A stretch of 64,000 nt of DNA from Trueperaceae bacterium (GCA_034520945.1 JAXHNB010000001.1:224001-288000), one strand, 5' to 3'. Positions 20,410 to 30,626 are shown, counted from the stretch's first letter. The notes: generated from the letters alone by a model not told the origin. Program-made: numbers and translations.

Positions 20410-21213
20410 ATGAATCTCGATATCCGTGACCGCAACACGCAACTCGGCTTGGCGCTGGTCGCCATCGGCGCGTTGGCGCTGTTCTCCAACCTCGGCATCT
20501 TCGCCGGTTTCGGCCGGTTGGTGGGCCTGCTGATGTTCGGGGCGGCGGGGGTGGTGGTCCTCCGCGCCTACGGGCACGGCCAGAGCGAGGCGTGGGCGTT
20601 GCCGGTCGGGGCCGGCCTGATCGGCCTGGGCCTGGCCAGCCTGGACATGCCGTGGGGCGGCCCGGTGTTCCTGGCCGCGATCGGGGTCGGCTTCGTGATG
20701 GTGTTCCAGCGGGACGAGACGCGCTGGTGGGCGATCATCCCGGCCGGCGTGCTGCTGACGCTCGGGGCGACGGCCGCCTACGACGAGTGGTTGTTCCCCT
20801 CCGGCGCTGCCGGCGCCACGGTGTTCTTTCTCGGCCTGGCCGTCACCTTCGCGGCGTTGTACCTGATGCCGCAGGTGAACCAGGCCTGGGCGATCTGGCC
20901 GGCACTGGCGCTGGGCGTGGTCGGCGTGCTCAGTTTCAGCTTCCGCGGCGGTTGGCTGCTGCCCCTGATCCTGATCGTGGTCGGCGTGTGGCTGTTGACG
21001 CGCCAAGTCCGCCCCACCGACGTGAACGGTGGGCTGGGGCCGGTGCCGCCTGGGGTTTCGCCGGGGGAGAGGCAGCAGGCGCCGGGCGGCGGGGAGCACG
21101 CCGGGCCGCCGCAGGGCGACGCCGCCACCGACGCACAGGGCAGCACGGTGCCACGGGACGACGCGGCCGGCGGCGAGGACCCGCACCGTCGGAACGGTCC
21201 GAGCGGTTCGTGA
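20410..21213 (+). CDS. multi-pass membrane protein (LiaF/LiaI-like context)
   Basis: ggagg RBS before ATG 20410; many TM segments; divergent from the two-component system. Confidence 0.75.
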   Translation: MNLDIRDRNTQLGLALVAIGALALFSNLGIFAGFGRLVGLLMFGAAGVVVLRAYGHGQSEAWALPVGAGLIGLGLASLDMPWGGPVFLAAIGVGFVMVFQRDETRWWAIIPAGVLLTLGATAAYDEWLFPSGAAGATVFFLGLAVTFAALYLMPQVNQAWAIWPALALGVVGVLSFSFRGGWLLPLILIVVGVWLLTRQVRPTDVNGGLGPVPPGVSPGERQQAPGGGEHAGPPQGDAATDAQGSTVPRDDAAGGEDPHRRNGPSGS

Positions 21214-21291
21214 GCGCATCGGCGTTCGGCGCGCCCGTCCCGATGGGCGTGCCGGCCGCCTCGGGCGGCCGGTCGCCGCCGATGTCCTGCC

Positions 21292-22836
21292 CTACGAGGG
21301 GGGCGTGACCTCCACGATCGGCTGTGCCAGGATCCACAGGCTGGCCACGGTGTAGGCCACCATGAGCAGCATCATCGGGATCTGGCTCCGCAGGGCGGCG
21401 CGGTGCGTCGGAAAGGTGCGCATCGCCACCACGTGCGCGAGGTACACCGCAATGATGTGTCCCACCACGATGGCGATCACCGCCGTCCACCAGGTGAAGC
21501 GCGGCCCGACCACGCCGATGTCGATGCCGCGTCCGGCCGTGCCGAACAGGTCCCAGCCGAGCCCCAGCGGGTCGGAGGCGACCGGAAGCAGCAGTTGCGA
21601 CTGCACCAACAGGTAGCTCAGGTAGTGCGCCAGGTGGTAGGCCAGCGCGATCGGCACCAGCGTCAGCACGAAGGCGCGCGCTGCGGGGAACACCGTCACG
21701 CGCGCGCCGGCGGCGGCCTGCATCAGCGCGCAGGTGAGCAGGTACGCCGACAGGAAGAGCAGCGGGAACGCCAGCAGCCCCAACGTGCCGATGACGGTGA
21801 CGTTGGGGAGGACGGCGTAGAGGTCGCCCACCATGCCGGACCACATCGGCGTGGCCGTGAAGCCGTCGAAGGTGACGGTGGAGAGCAACAGGATGGTCAG
21901 CACCGTCAGCGACGTCGACACGGGTCGTCCGCTCAGCAGGCCGACCGCGAACGGCCGCAGGTTCCACTGCCGCTGCGCGAGCGGCGCCGCCTCGAAGCAG
22001 GCATGACAGTTCACGCAGCCGCCGGCCTCGTCGCGGCCCCACGTGGCCTCGTCATGGCAGGCGGAGGCGTCGGTGACGCGCACCTCGGTCGGCGCGAACC
22101 GCGCCAGCAGGCCGAACACCTGCGTGAACGCCTCGCCGTGGCGCAGCCAGGCATGCTTGCCGAACAGCAGCATGCCGGCCCAGGTGAGGCCCGAGTACAC
22201 CAGCGTGAAGGTGACGACGCTGCTGGGTCGGGCCGGCGCCAGGAACACCAACTCCACCCACGCGAACGCCAGGAACAGGGCCACGGCGGGCCACACGCCC
22301 AGCCGGCGCGGGTAGGGGAGGCCCAACGACAGTGAGGCGTCGGGGTCGGCGCGGCGCAGCGCCGCTTCCGCCCACTCGTACAGGGTCGTCCACGGATTCA
22401 GGAGCCGCCACACGTCGCCGAGCAGCGCGCTGGCGTAGGCGACACCGACCCACCAGAACACCCACACCACCAGCGGCGCCAGGTTTCGCTCGGGCCGTGG
22501 CGGGCCGAACAGGCCGGTCACGATCACCAGCACGAACACCGCCACGGACAAGGTGCGCAGCGTCGTCACGACGGGCCGGCTGGCCAGCAGCCGGACGCCG
22601 GGCACGCGCAGCAGGTTCAGGCGCGGGTAGCGCGCGGGCGAACCGCCCCGCAGGAAGAACGCCACCACCACGAACGACAGAAGCACGGCCGCTCCGGCCC
22701 CCAGCAGGTACAGGCGCAGCGGGACCGGCAGGTCGTAGCGCTCCCCCAGGCCGTGCGCCAGCGCCCACGAGCCCAGGGTAGAACCGGCCGCCGCGGCCGC
22801 GACACGGCGCGTGACCGCCAGGAACCGGCCGCCCAT
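21292..22836 (-). CDS. polytopic membrane protein (family often labelled 'fenitrothion hydrolase'-like) with CxxCxxC loop
   Basis: AHGLGERYDLP, WRLLNPW, LVPIALAYHLAHY, GHIIAVYLAH, SQIPMMLLMVAYT; CVNCHAC at 21997-22017. Confidence 0.7.
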   Translation of the reverse strand: MGGRFLAVTRRVAAAAAGSTLGSWALAHGLGERYDLPVPLRLYLLGAGAAVLLSFVVVAFFLRGGSPARYPRLNLLRVPGVRLLASRPVVTTLRTLSVAVFVLVIVTGLFGPPRPERNLAPLVVWVFWWVGVAYASALLGDVWRLLNPWTTLYEWAEAALRRADPDASLSLGLPYPRRLGVWPAVALFLAFAWVELVFLAPARPSSVVTFTLVYSGLTWAGMLLFGKHAWLRHGEAFTQVFGLLARFAPTEVRVTDASACHDEATWGRDEAGGCVNCHACFEAAPLAQRQWNLRPFAVGLLSGRPVSTSLTVLTILLLSTVTFDGFTATPMWSGMVGDLYAVLPNVTVIGTLGLLAFPLLFLSAYLLTCALMQAAAGARVTVFPAARAFVLTLVPIALAYHLAHYLSYLLVQSQLLLPVASDPLGLGWDLFGTAGRGIDIGVVGPRFTWWTAVIAIVVGHIIAVYLAHVVAMRTFPTHRAALRSQIPMMLLMVAYTVASLWILAQPIVEVTPPS

Positions 22837-22837
22837 C

Positions 22838-23695
22838 CTAGGGGTGGACTTCGAGGTAGGCGATCGTCACGCCGTCCGCTTCGCCCTCGGGGTGCAGCTC
22901 CATCGGGAACCTGCCGGGCGCCGTTGCTTCGACGAGGGCGACGGTCTCCGTGCCGGCCGTCAATGCCCAGTCGCCGCCCAGACCGTGCAGGTGCAGCTCG
23001 CCCGACGCCTCCGAGGCGAAGGTGAACGCCACCGTGTCGCCCTGCTGCACGCGGTGCGTCTGGGCGCCGCCGACCGCGCCGCCCTCGGGGCCGATCTCGA
23101 TCGAGATTCGTACGGCCTCCTCGGGCACCGCAGGGGCGTCGGCTGCGGCTCCCTCGTCGTGGGCCTCCTCCTCATTCGCGTGCTCGTGAACTGCGTCGTC
23201 TCCGTGCGCCTCCGCCGCGTGCCCGCCGTCCGACGCCAGGGCCGACGAGATGGCGTGCGATAAAACGTGCTGCGCGTCGTGCGCGCGGGTGGCAGCGTCG
23301 GCGGCGGCGTCCACGTCCTCGGCGCGGAGGGCGGCCTCCAGGTCGCGGGCGTCCGCCAGAAAGGCCTGCACCGGGTCGCGCAGCCCTTCGGGCCACGACA
23401 CGGCCTCCACGCTCAGGACGGCGGCGTGCACCGTCTCCGCGAAGCGGGGATCCATCTCGCCGGCGGCCAGGGCGTCGTCGATGGCGTGAAACGCGGCCGC
23501 CTCCAGGTGGCGTTGGGCCAGCAGGGGCCCGTGCCGCAGCTGGGCCTCCTCCAGCGCCGCGACGCGCGCGCGGAGGCGTTCGACCTCGGCCTCCAGGGCC
23601 TCCAGGCGCTCGGCCGGGTCCTGTGCGAGTGCGCTGCCGAGCACGAGCGCCACGGCCAGCACACCGAGTATGCGCAACGTTCGGGATGGAACCAT
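22838..23695 (-). CDS. exported His-rich protein with C-terminal cupredoxin-like domain
   Basis: Signal peptide ending ALA-Q; His-rich linker; VQQGDTV.F...ELHLHG...GRFPMELH. Confidence 0.65.
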   Translation of the reverse strand: MVPSRTLRILGVLAVALVLGSALAQDPAERLEALEAEVERLRARVAALEEAQLRHGPLLAQRHLEAAAFHAIDDALAAGEMDPRFAETVHAAVLSVEAVSWPEGLRDPVQAFLADARDLEAALRAEDVDAAADAATRAHDAQHVLSHAISSALASDGGHAAEAHGDDAVHEHANEEEAHDEGAAADAPAVPEEAVRISIEIGPEGGAVGGAQTHRVQQGDTVAFTFASEASGELHLHGLGGDWALTAGTETVALVEATAPGRFPMELHPEGEADGVTIAYLEVHP

Positions 23696-23780
23696 GTCAC
23701 GCCTCACCTTCCGATAGGACTTGCGGGGCACGGGCAGAGGATTCGCACGCGCCCCGCGTATTCGCACCACGCCCTCGCCG

Positions 23781-24401
23781 TCAGTCGCCCGCCTGGGGGT
23801 GCCAGCTGGGGCGGGCTCGCTCCAGAATCTCTCCCAGCGTGGCGTACTGCGTGCCGGCAAGGCGTGCGACCGGCGACAGGGCCCGCACGTCGATCCGGCC
23901 CCCCTCCAGGACCAGATCGTCGCGCAGGTGGGCGATCAGGGCCCGGCCGAACACCACGGTGTTGCCGCCCGGTGCCACCTCGTAGGTGTGCACCACCTCG
24001 CACTCGAACGCCACCGGCGCCGCGGCCAGGCGTGGGGGCCGCACCCTCTCGGAGGGGACCGCCTCGAGGTCGGCGTAGGCGAACTCGTCCTCGCCCGGCG
24101 GGGCGTCGATGCTGGTGGCGTTCATGGCGTCCAGCAGCTCCGTACCGGCGATGTGGGCCACGAACTGACCGGTGGCGAGGGCGTTGGCCGCGGAGTCCTT
24201 GGGAAGCCCGTTGCGGCGGCCGCCCGAGAACATCAGCGTAGGCGGGCTGGCCGACACCACGTTGAAGAACGAGAACGGCGCCAGGTTGCGGCGCCCCTCC
24301 TCGTCCACGGTGGCGATCCACCCGATCGGGCGCGGGACGACGGTGCCGGTGAGCAGCTTGTAGCGGTCGCGGGGGGCCATGTCGGCCAGTTCGAAACGCA
24401 T
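23781..24401 (-). CDS. flavin reductase family protein (DIM6/NTAB)
   Basis: YKLLTGTVVPRPIGW, NLAPFSFFN, KDSAAN, ARLAG..Y. Confidence 0.88.
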   Translation of the reverse strand: MRFELADMAPRDRYKLLTGTVVPRPIGWIATVDEEGRRNLAPFSFFNVVSASPPTLMFSGGRRNGLPKDSAANALATGQFVAHIAGTELLDAMNATSIDAPPGEDEFAYADLEAVPSERVRPPRLAAAPVAFECEVVHTYEVAPGGNTVVFGRALIAHLRDDLVLEGGRIDVRALSPVARLAGTQYATLGEILERARPSWHPQAGD

Positions 24402-24620
24402 GCGGTACGCTACCGCCGCCTCCCCGGCGCGTGGGTCGCCCGGGCGCGTTCGGTGCCGGTGGGTGGGCCGCCTGCATGCGCGCCGGGGTGCTTGCGCAAC
24501 GGCCCGCCGGTGCGCTATGGTCAGCAGGCTATGACGCGGCCGGCAACGGTCGCGCCGCCCGCGGGACGTTTCGGACCCGGGGCGTCCTCGCACAAGCGGA
24601 TTTCAGCCCGGGAGTGAATC

Positions 24621-25043
24621 ATGAACTACAACAAAGGCGCCATCCTGCGCTCGATCGAGCAACCCGCTCTCCGTGACGACCTGCCCGAGTTCGACACGGG
24701 CGATACCGTCCGCGTCGACTACAAGGTGGTCGAGGGGAACCGCAGCCGCATCCAGTCGTTCGAAGGCGTCGTCATCGCCCGCAAGCACGGCCGCGGCGCG
24801 CGTTCCACCATCACCGTCCGCAAGGTCAGCTTCGGGACGGGCGTCGAGCGGGTGTTCCCGCTCTCCTCGCCCCTGATCGACAAGGTGCTGATCGTGCGTC
24901 GCGGACGCACCCGCCGCGCCAAGCTGTACTACCTGCGCGAGCGCCGCGGCAAGGCCGCCCGCCTCAAGGTCGACGTGGCCCGGCAGGAGAAGGACCGCGC
25001 CGCCGCCCGCGAAGCCCGCGGGGGTGGCAAGAAGCGCGGCTGA
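24621..25043 (+). CDS. rplS: 50S ribosomal protein L19
   Basis: [42 protein letters not shown]. Confidence 0.98.
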   Translation: MNYNKGAILRSIEQPALRDDLPEFDTGDTVRVDYKVVEGNRSRIQSFEGVVIARKHGRGARSTITVRKVSFGTGVERVFPLSSPLIDKVLIVRRGRTRRAKLYYLRERRGKAARLKVDVARQEKDRAAAREARGGGKKRG

Positions 25044-25073
25044 GTTCGGCACGGACCGAGGAACACGCAGCAC

Positions 25074-25110
25074 GTTCGCGCCCCCGCTCGTCACGAGCGG
25101 GGGCGCGAAC
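25074..25110. terminator. 17-bp perfect hairpin between convergent genes
   Basis: gttcgcgcccccgctcg-tca-cgagcgggggcgcgaac. Confidence 0.65.
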
Positions 25111-25168
25111 GGTCCGGGTGGCTCACGGGAACGACCGTCGAAACCGGGCGCTGCGCGCTGCCGATCGA

Positions 25169-26992
25169 TCAGGGCAGCACGTTCAGCCGCGACACGACCA
25201 ACTGCCCGCGCCGCCCGGTGTCGTCCCGGAGGGGCGTCGCCAGGAGCGGCACGCCCTGCTCGGTCGTGGCGAGGTCCAATGACCAGAGGAACGGCTCGTA
25301 TGCGTCGATCGGCGCGCCGACCTGCCGAAAGGCGAAACCGTCCCATGCGCGGACGTGATAGGTGCTCGTAGGACCGTCCGGATCTTCGCGTTCCTCGACC
25401 CATGCGACGACCGGTTGCCCCTCGGCACCGATTGCCACGGTACCGTAGCGCACCTCGGGTTTCGATTTCCCGCCGATGGCGTCGACGAACGACCACGCCC
25501 CCGCCGAAGGATCCCAGGTCCGGACGTTCAGGAGCCTGGTGCTGCTGCGTGCGTCGATGAACGACAGATAGACGGACGCGTCGTCGGCGACCGCGAGTCG
25601 CGGGGAGAGGGCGTCCTCGTCCACGGCGCTCGTGAAGCCGCTTCCGAGCGCCTCCCAGCTGGTCCCGTTCCAGCGATCGACGAACACGTCGTAGGTTTCC
25701 CTGTCGGCGTCGACGGCCTGACTCCATGCGACCAGCGGCCGCTGCATGGCGTCGAACGCCAGCACGGGCCAGCCGAGCACGTCGTGTCCCGTCCGGTCGC
25801 GGGCGTCACCGACGAGAGCCCAGTCCTCCCCCGTCCACCGGGCCACGTAGACGTTCCGGTCCGAGCCGTTGCCCTCCGACCAGGCGATCCAGGGACGGTC
25901 GTCGGCGTCGAGGGCCATGACGACCCTATATGTGGGCGCATCCGGGTCGACGTTGTACCCACCTCCGAGGCCCTGCCACGCGGTTCCGTCCCAGCGCTGC
26001 ACGTGCCCGAGCCCTCGAACCGGCTGGGTCCAGGCGACGATGGGCGCGCCCGTGCCGTCGACGGCGATGTCGGGCACGCCGTACATGGGGCCAAAGCGGT
26101 CGGGGTCGTCGCTCAGCGACGACCCGAGCTGAACCCACGCCTCCCCGTCCCAGCGCTTGACGTACAGGTCGACGGGCGGGGTCGAGTCGGCGTCGTCCTC
26201 CCTCCAGATCACCACGGGATGCTCGTCGTGGTCCAACGCGATGCGCGGCACGTGCGCTCGGATGTTCGGGTCGACGTTCAGCGGAGCGCCCAGCCGCTGC
26301 CACACGGGCAGCGACCACGACCACGGGTCGGGGGCCAGGAGGGGATTGCCCGCCAGGTCGGTGATGGCATCCGCGAGCGACAGCTGCAGAACGGCAGGCG
26401 CCGTAGGAACGAGGTCTGGCTGGACATTGGCCACGCGCCCGTCGTTCGACAGTTCGACGGTGACGTCGACGACCGTCCCGCCTACCCTCTCCAAGGTCAC
26501 CGCCGCCGGCGACAGCGTGCTCGCGTCGATGCGCTCGGAGAAGGTGACCTCGATGGGATCGCCGACCCACACCTGTTCCTGTCCGGGACTCGGCGTGCGC
26601 GACGTGACGTGCGGCCGGGTCCTGTCCACCACGATCGTCCTCGCCTCGCTTGCCTTCGACGCCGTCCCTTGGCGTGCGACCGCGGTCAGCTCGTAGCTTC
26701 CTTCCGGTTCCGAACGCGTGTCCCAGAGGTACGTGTAGGGCGGCGTCAGCACGACCAGCAGCACTCCATCGCGATGCAACTCGACCGCGTCGACCTGGCC
26801 GGTGACGGACACCTGGATCGTGACGTCGTCGCGTACGTAGGCGGTGGAACTGGGGCTGGTGAGCGAAACGCCGAAGCTGCCGGGCTCGTTCCCGTTGCCC
26901 GCCTCCTGGCACGACGCCAGCACAGCGAAACAGGCAAGGCCCACGAGCCACGCCCTCGGGGCGAAGTGACGAGCGACTCGGTGCATGTCCAT
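25169..26992 (-). CDS. Ig-like (Big/SbsA-type) domain lipoprotein with C-terminal repeat (probable beta-propeller) region
   Basis: Lipobox LASC; YTYLWDT..EGSYELTAVA, IEVTFSE.ID, ITDLAGN; about six 'P.VAW....V.RWDG..W' repeats. Confidence 0.75.
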   Translation of the reverse strand: MDMHRVARHFAPRAWLVGLACFAVLASCQEAGNGNEPGSFGVSLTSPSSTAYVRDDVTIQVSVTGQVDAVELHRDGVLLVVLTPPYTYLWDTRSEPEGSYELTAVARQGTASKASEARTIVVDRTRPHVTSRTPSPGQEQVWVGDPIEVTFSERIDASTLSPAAVTLERVGGTVVDVTVELSNDGRVANVQPDLVPTAPAVLQLSLADAITDLAGNPLLAPDPWSWSLPVWQRLGAPLNVDPNIRAHVPRIALDHDEHPVVIWREDDADSTPPVDLYVKRWDGEAWVQLGSSLSDDPDRFGPMYGVPDIAVDGTGAPIVAWTQPVRGLGHVQRWDGTAWQGLGGGYNVDPDAPTYRVVMALDADDRPWIAWSEGNGSDRNVYVARWTGEDWALVGDARDRTGHDVLGWPVLAFDAMQRPLVAWSQAVDADRETYDVFVDRWNGTSWEALGSGFTSAVDEDALSPRLAVADDASVYLSFIDARSSTRLLNVRTWDPSAGAWSFVDAIGGKSKPEVRYGTVAIGAEGQPVVAWVEEREDPDGPTSTYHVRAWDGFAFRQVGAPIDAYEPFLWSLDLATTEQGVPLLATPLRDDTGRRGQLVVSRLNVLP

Positions 26993-27291
26993 CCCCTTCC
27001 ACCAACGCGAGAACGATCGTCAGGCGCGACGCGGGGCGGACGGGCCGACGAACGGTGGGGCGTTCGATCGAGCCCGTGCGGTGAAGGGGAGCGGACGCCG
27101 CCGAGCGGCCCGCGCCTGCTGTGCCTGCAGTATAGGACTTCGGAGGCGCCGGCCCTCCCCCAGGTGTCATGCGGGCTGGGGGTTGCACATGCATGCGAGG
27201 CGCGCATGTCGATGCGCCCCCTTCGTGTCGAGAAGCCGCAGCAGGCCAGCAAGCGTGGCCTTGCGGGGCGCGCCGACCGCGCGTTTCGTGC

Positions 27292-27320
27292 TTGACACGC
27301 CTGCGCCCTGCCGATACACT
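27292..27320 (+). promoter_or_regulatory. sigma70-type promoter of tRNA-Ala
   Basis: TTGACA (27292-27297), 17-bp spacer, TACACT (27315-27320). Confidence 0.8.
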
Positions 27321-27349
27321 CTCATTTGCTTGCGCGTCAAGCGCATCGT

Positions 27350-27425
<76 letters not shown>

Positions 27426-27460
27426 CATCGCACAGCCGTTCAGGACGGCGATGGTAGCGT

Positions 27461-27490
27461 CCGCCCCCTGCGATTGGGGGCGGTTCTCAT
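27461..27490 (+). terminator. hairpin downstream of tRNA
   Basis: ccgccccc-tgcgatt-gggggcgg followed by ttct. Confidence 0.5.
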
Positions 27491-27615
27491 GGCACGCGGC
27501 GCGGGCAGCGCCTCGCTTTCCGCGCCGGTTCGTTGCGTGAGCGTCGTGCCACGCTTCGCCTTCGGTGCCGCGAACGCGACGGTCCAGATCCCCTTCGGCC
27601 CTCGATCGCACGCCG

Positions 27616-27864
27616 TCAGCGGCCGCGGCGGTGAACAGATAGCGGTCGAGTTGCAGCGAACGGATCGCTCGGATCGATGTCGAGCGTGTCGGCGATGGTG
27701 GTGGCGAAGGCGGCTTGGCCGACCGCGGTGACGAGTTCGATGATGTCGGCATCGTTGAAGCCGGTTGTGCGGAGGGCGTCGAGGTGCAAACGAGCGCTCG
27801 CGTGCCCTCCACGCGGGCTAGGATGGACTCCACACGTTCCCAAGGTGGCGTGGGGTGGCCCCAT
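27616..27864 (-). pseudogene. C-terminal remnant of an AhpD/carboxymuconolactone decarboxylase-like protein
   Basis: LDALRTTGFNDADIIELVTAVGQAAFATTIADTLDIDP resembles the family's C-terminus; no recognisable N-terminus. Confidence 0.5.
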
Positions 27865-28073
27865 GACCCGGGGGGAGGTTCGACTCGTGGTGGTCCCTCG
27901 TTTCGCCGTGCTCGCGTCCGGGTCCTCGGGCCGCCCTGCGCGCTACGGGCGCGGTGCAGCGCATCCGTGCACCGCGCCGACTGACGCCCTGGGAGCCCGC
28001 GTCCATGCCTCTGGGCCGGTCCTTGGACGTCGTTTGGCCCCGACGGGCACGCCATGAGGGGTCGCGTGCCCCG

Positions 28074-28777
28074 ATGACGGGCTCGGCACCAGCCCCGAAT
28101 GCGCCGGCGCGGCTCGAGGCCGATCGCATCGCGCGTAGCTACGACCGCGGCCGCATCCACGCGCTTCGCGGCGCAAGCCTGAGCGTCGCGCCGGAGGAGG
28201 CCGTGGCCGTGATCGGCCCGAGCGGAAGCGGCAAGTCCACGCTGTTGCACCTGCTCGCGGGCCTCGACACGCCGACGGAAGGGCAGGTGCGCATCGATGG
28301 GCGTCGGCCCGCCGGGCTGCGCGCTTGGCGGCGCTTGCGCGCCCATCGCATCGGGTTCGTGTTCCAGGCGTACCACCTGCTCCCAGCACTCACGGCGCTC
28401 GAGAACGTGCAGGTTCCGATGATGGGCGTGGAACACGATGCGCGCCGCCGCCGCGTCCGTGCCACGGAACTGCTCGAGGGCGTTGGCCTGGGGGGCGCGG
28501 GTCGCACCGTCCGAGCGAGCTGTCGGGGGGCGAGCGGCAGCGCGTGGCGATCGCGCGCGCGCTTGCCAACGCGCCCGACATGATCCTCGCCGACGAGCCC
28601 ACCGGCAACCTCGATACCACCGCCTCCGAGGCGATCCTGGCGCTGCTCGGCGAGGTGCGGCGCGAGCGACGAGCCACCCTCGTCCTGGTCACGCACGACC
28701 GCGACGTCGCGGCCGGGGTGGACCGGATCCTACGACTCGTGGACGGGCGCGTGGTGGGGGAGGAAGAGGGTCCGTGA
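28074..28777 (+). CDS. LolD/MacB-type ABC ATP-binding protein (frameshift ~28495)
   Basis: GPSGSGKST in one frame; [23 protein letters not shown] in the next; shift lies in a G-run. Confidence 0.85.
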
Positions 28778-29908
28778 CCTCCCTCACGCTTCCCGTGACC
28801 GACCTGCGCCGCCGGCCCCTTCGCACCACCCTGACCGGGCTGGGCATCGCGGTGGCAGTGTCCTCGTTCCTGACGTTGGTGTCGTTGGCGCAGGGGCTCG
28901 AGCGTGGGTGGATCGCGAGCTTGGAGAGCCGCGGGGTGCACCTCCTCGCCCTCTCCCGCGACACCGTGGAGGTGATGGCGTCCAGCCTCCCCGAGGAGCT
29001 CGCCGGGCGCATCGAAGCGGTCGAGGGCGTACGGCACGCTTCGGGCGAGCTCGCCAACCTCGTGCGCCTGGACGCAGGGGGGACGGAGACCGTGCACGCT
29101 ACGGTCCGCGGCTGGCCGCCCGGGAGCTTCAAGTGGGACGAACTCGCCCTCCGCGAAGGGCGCCCGCCCGGGCCCAGCGACGAAGACGGGGCGGTCGTCG
29201 GTGCCGCGCTGGCTCGCCTCGGCGGGCTGCGGGTGGGGGCGACCTTGCAGGTGCGCGGCCGCGCGCTGCGGGTGACCGGCGTGGCGGAGGGGGGCGGCGT
29301 GTGGAACGAGCGCACCCTGTTCTTGCCCCTCGCGACGATGCAGAGCCTCTTCGACCGGCCGGGGCAGGTGACGGAGTTCGCCCTGCAGGTGGACCGCCCG
29401 CACGACCACACGTTCGTGCAGGAGCTCCGCGCGACGCTGGAGGAGGCGTTCCCGCGCCTCACGTTCCTGCCGGCCGAGCAGGTGGTCCGCGAGAACGACG
29501 TGGTCACCACCTTCCGCGCCTTCTCCTGGGCCGTGTCGGCCGTGGCGATGGCGATGGCGCTGGTGGTGGTCGCGAACACGCTGCTGATGTCGGTGACCGA
29601 GCGCGTACGGGAGATCGCCATCCTCGTCGCGCTGGGTTGGAGCCAGCAACGCGTGTTGGCTGACCGTGCTGCTGCAGGGGTTCCTGCTCACCGCCGTGGG
29701 GGCGGCGGCGGGCGTGGCGTTGGGGGCACTGTCGTTGCGGGTCGTGTTGCGGCACCCGACGCTGGGCGGCCTGGTGGACCCGGGCTTGAGGCCCGACCTG
29801 GTCGCCGTGACGCTCGCCGCCGCGTTGCTGGTGGGCGCGCTCGGCAGCCTCGTTCCCGCATGGCGGGCCGCGCGTGCCGACCCGGTGGAGGGTCTGCGCC
29901 ATGGCTGA
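28774..29908 (+). CDS. FtsX/MacB-type ABC permease (frameshift ~29660)
   Basis: [51 protein letters not shown]. Confidence 0.85.
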
Positions 29909-30626
29909 ACGGCTTGGGGGCGTGCTCGCGTCGGCGTTCGCCCAGCAGCCCTACCTCGGCCTGGGCATGCTCCTCCTGCTCGCCGCCGTGATCTGCTCGG
30001 CGCTCGTGCCCACGCGTCCGAAGGTGGCGGCCTGGGCGGCGGGGGCGGCGGCCCCCTTCGGGTTGTTCGAGTACGTCTTCTACGTGCCGGAGTACTGGGC
30101 GCCGGTGCAGTGGCGTCTCTCCTGGGTCGGCCTCGCCGACCTTCTGTTCACGTTCGCGGCCGGCGGGTTGGCCTGGCTGCTGGCGACCACGCCCTGTCGG
30201 GGCCGGCTCCGCCCTTCGTGGAACGCCAGGCGGGTCGCGCGGCGCTTCTTCGGTTGCACGGTCCTGGGGTTGCTGCTCGCGTTGCTGATTCAGGGCGCGG
30301 GGTTGCCGATGTACCTCGCCAGCCTCGTGGCGATGTGGTTCGGGTGGGGCTGCGTGGTGTGGCGCCACACGAACATGCGGTGGTTGGGGTTGGTCGGAGG
30401 GCCCGCGTTCGCGACCGTGTACGTCCTCGCGTTGCACGCCGCATTCGCCCTTGCGCCGGAGTTCTCGTCGCAATGGAACTCGGCCACCCTGTCGGGGATC
30501 ACGTGGGGTGGCATTCCGGTCGAGGAGATCGCGTGGGCAGGCACGTTCGGTGCCGTATGGCCGAGCTTCATGGCGTACGTCCTGGCGGTGCGGCCCATGG
30601 GGCGCGCCGATGCCGTGCCCGGCTGA
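29901..30626 (+). CDS. membrane protein with lycopene-cyclase-domain-like (CrtYc/Yd-type) motifs
   Basis: About seven TM segments; PEYW.P and GIPVEEIAWA motifs. Confidence 0.55.
   Translation: MAERLGGVLASAFAQQPYLGLGMLLLLAAVICSALVPTRPKVAAWAAGAAAPFGLFEYVFYVPEYWAPVQWRLSWVGLADLLFTFAAGGLAWLLATTPCRGRLRPSWNARRVARRFFGCTVLGLLLALLIQGAGLPMYLASLVAMWFGWGCVVWRHTNMRWLGLVGGPAFATVYVLALHAAFALAPEFSSQWNSATLSGITWGGIPVEEIAWAGTFGAVWPSFMAYVLAVRPMGRADAVPG

Noticed and set aside
21997..22017. CVNCH read as a heme c attachment site
   Set aside because: It is part of CxxCxxC in a short loop with no cytochrome fold evident; Fe-S or metal binding is more plausible, though not proven
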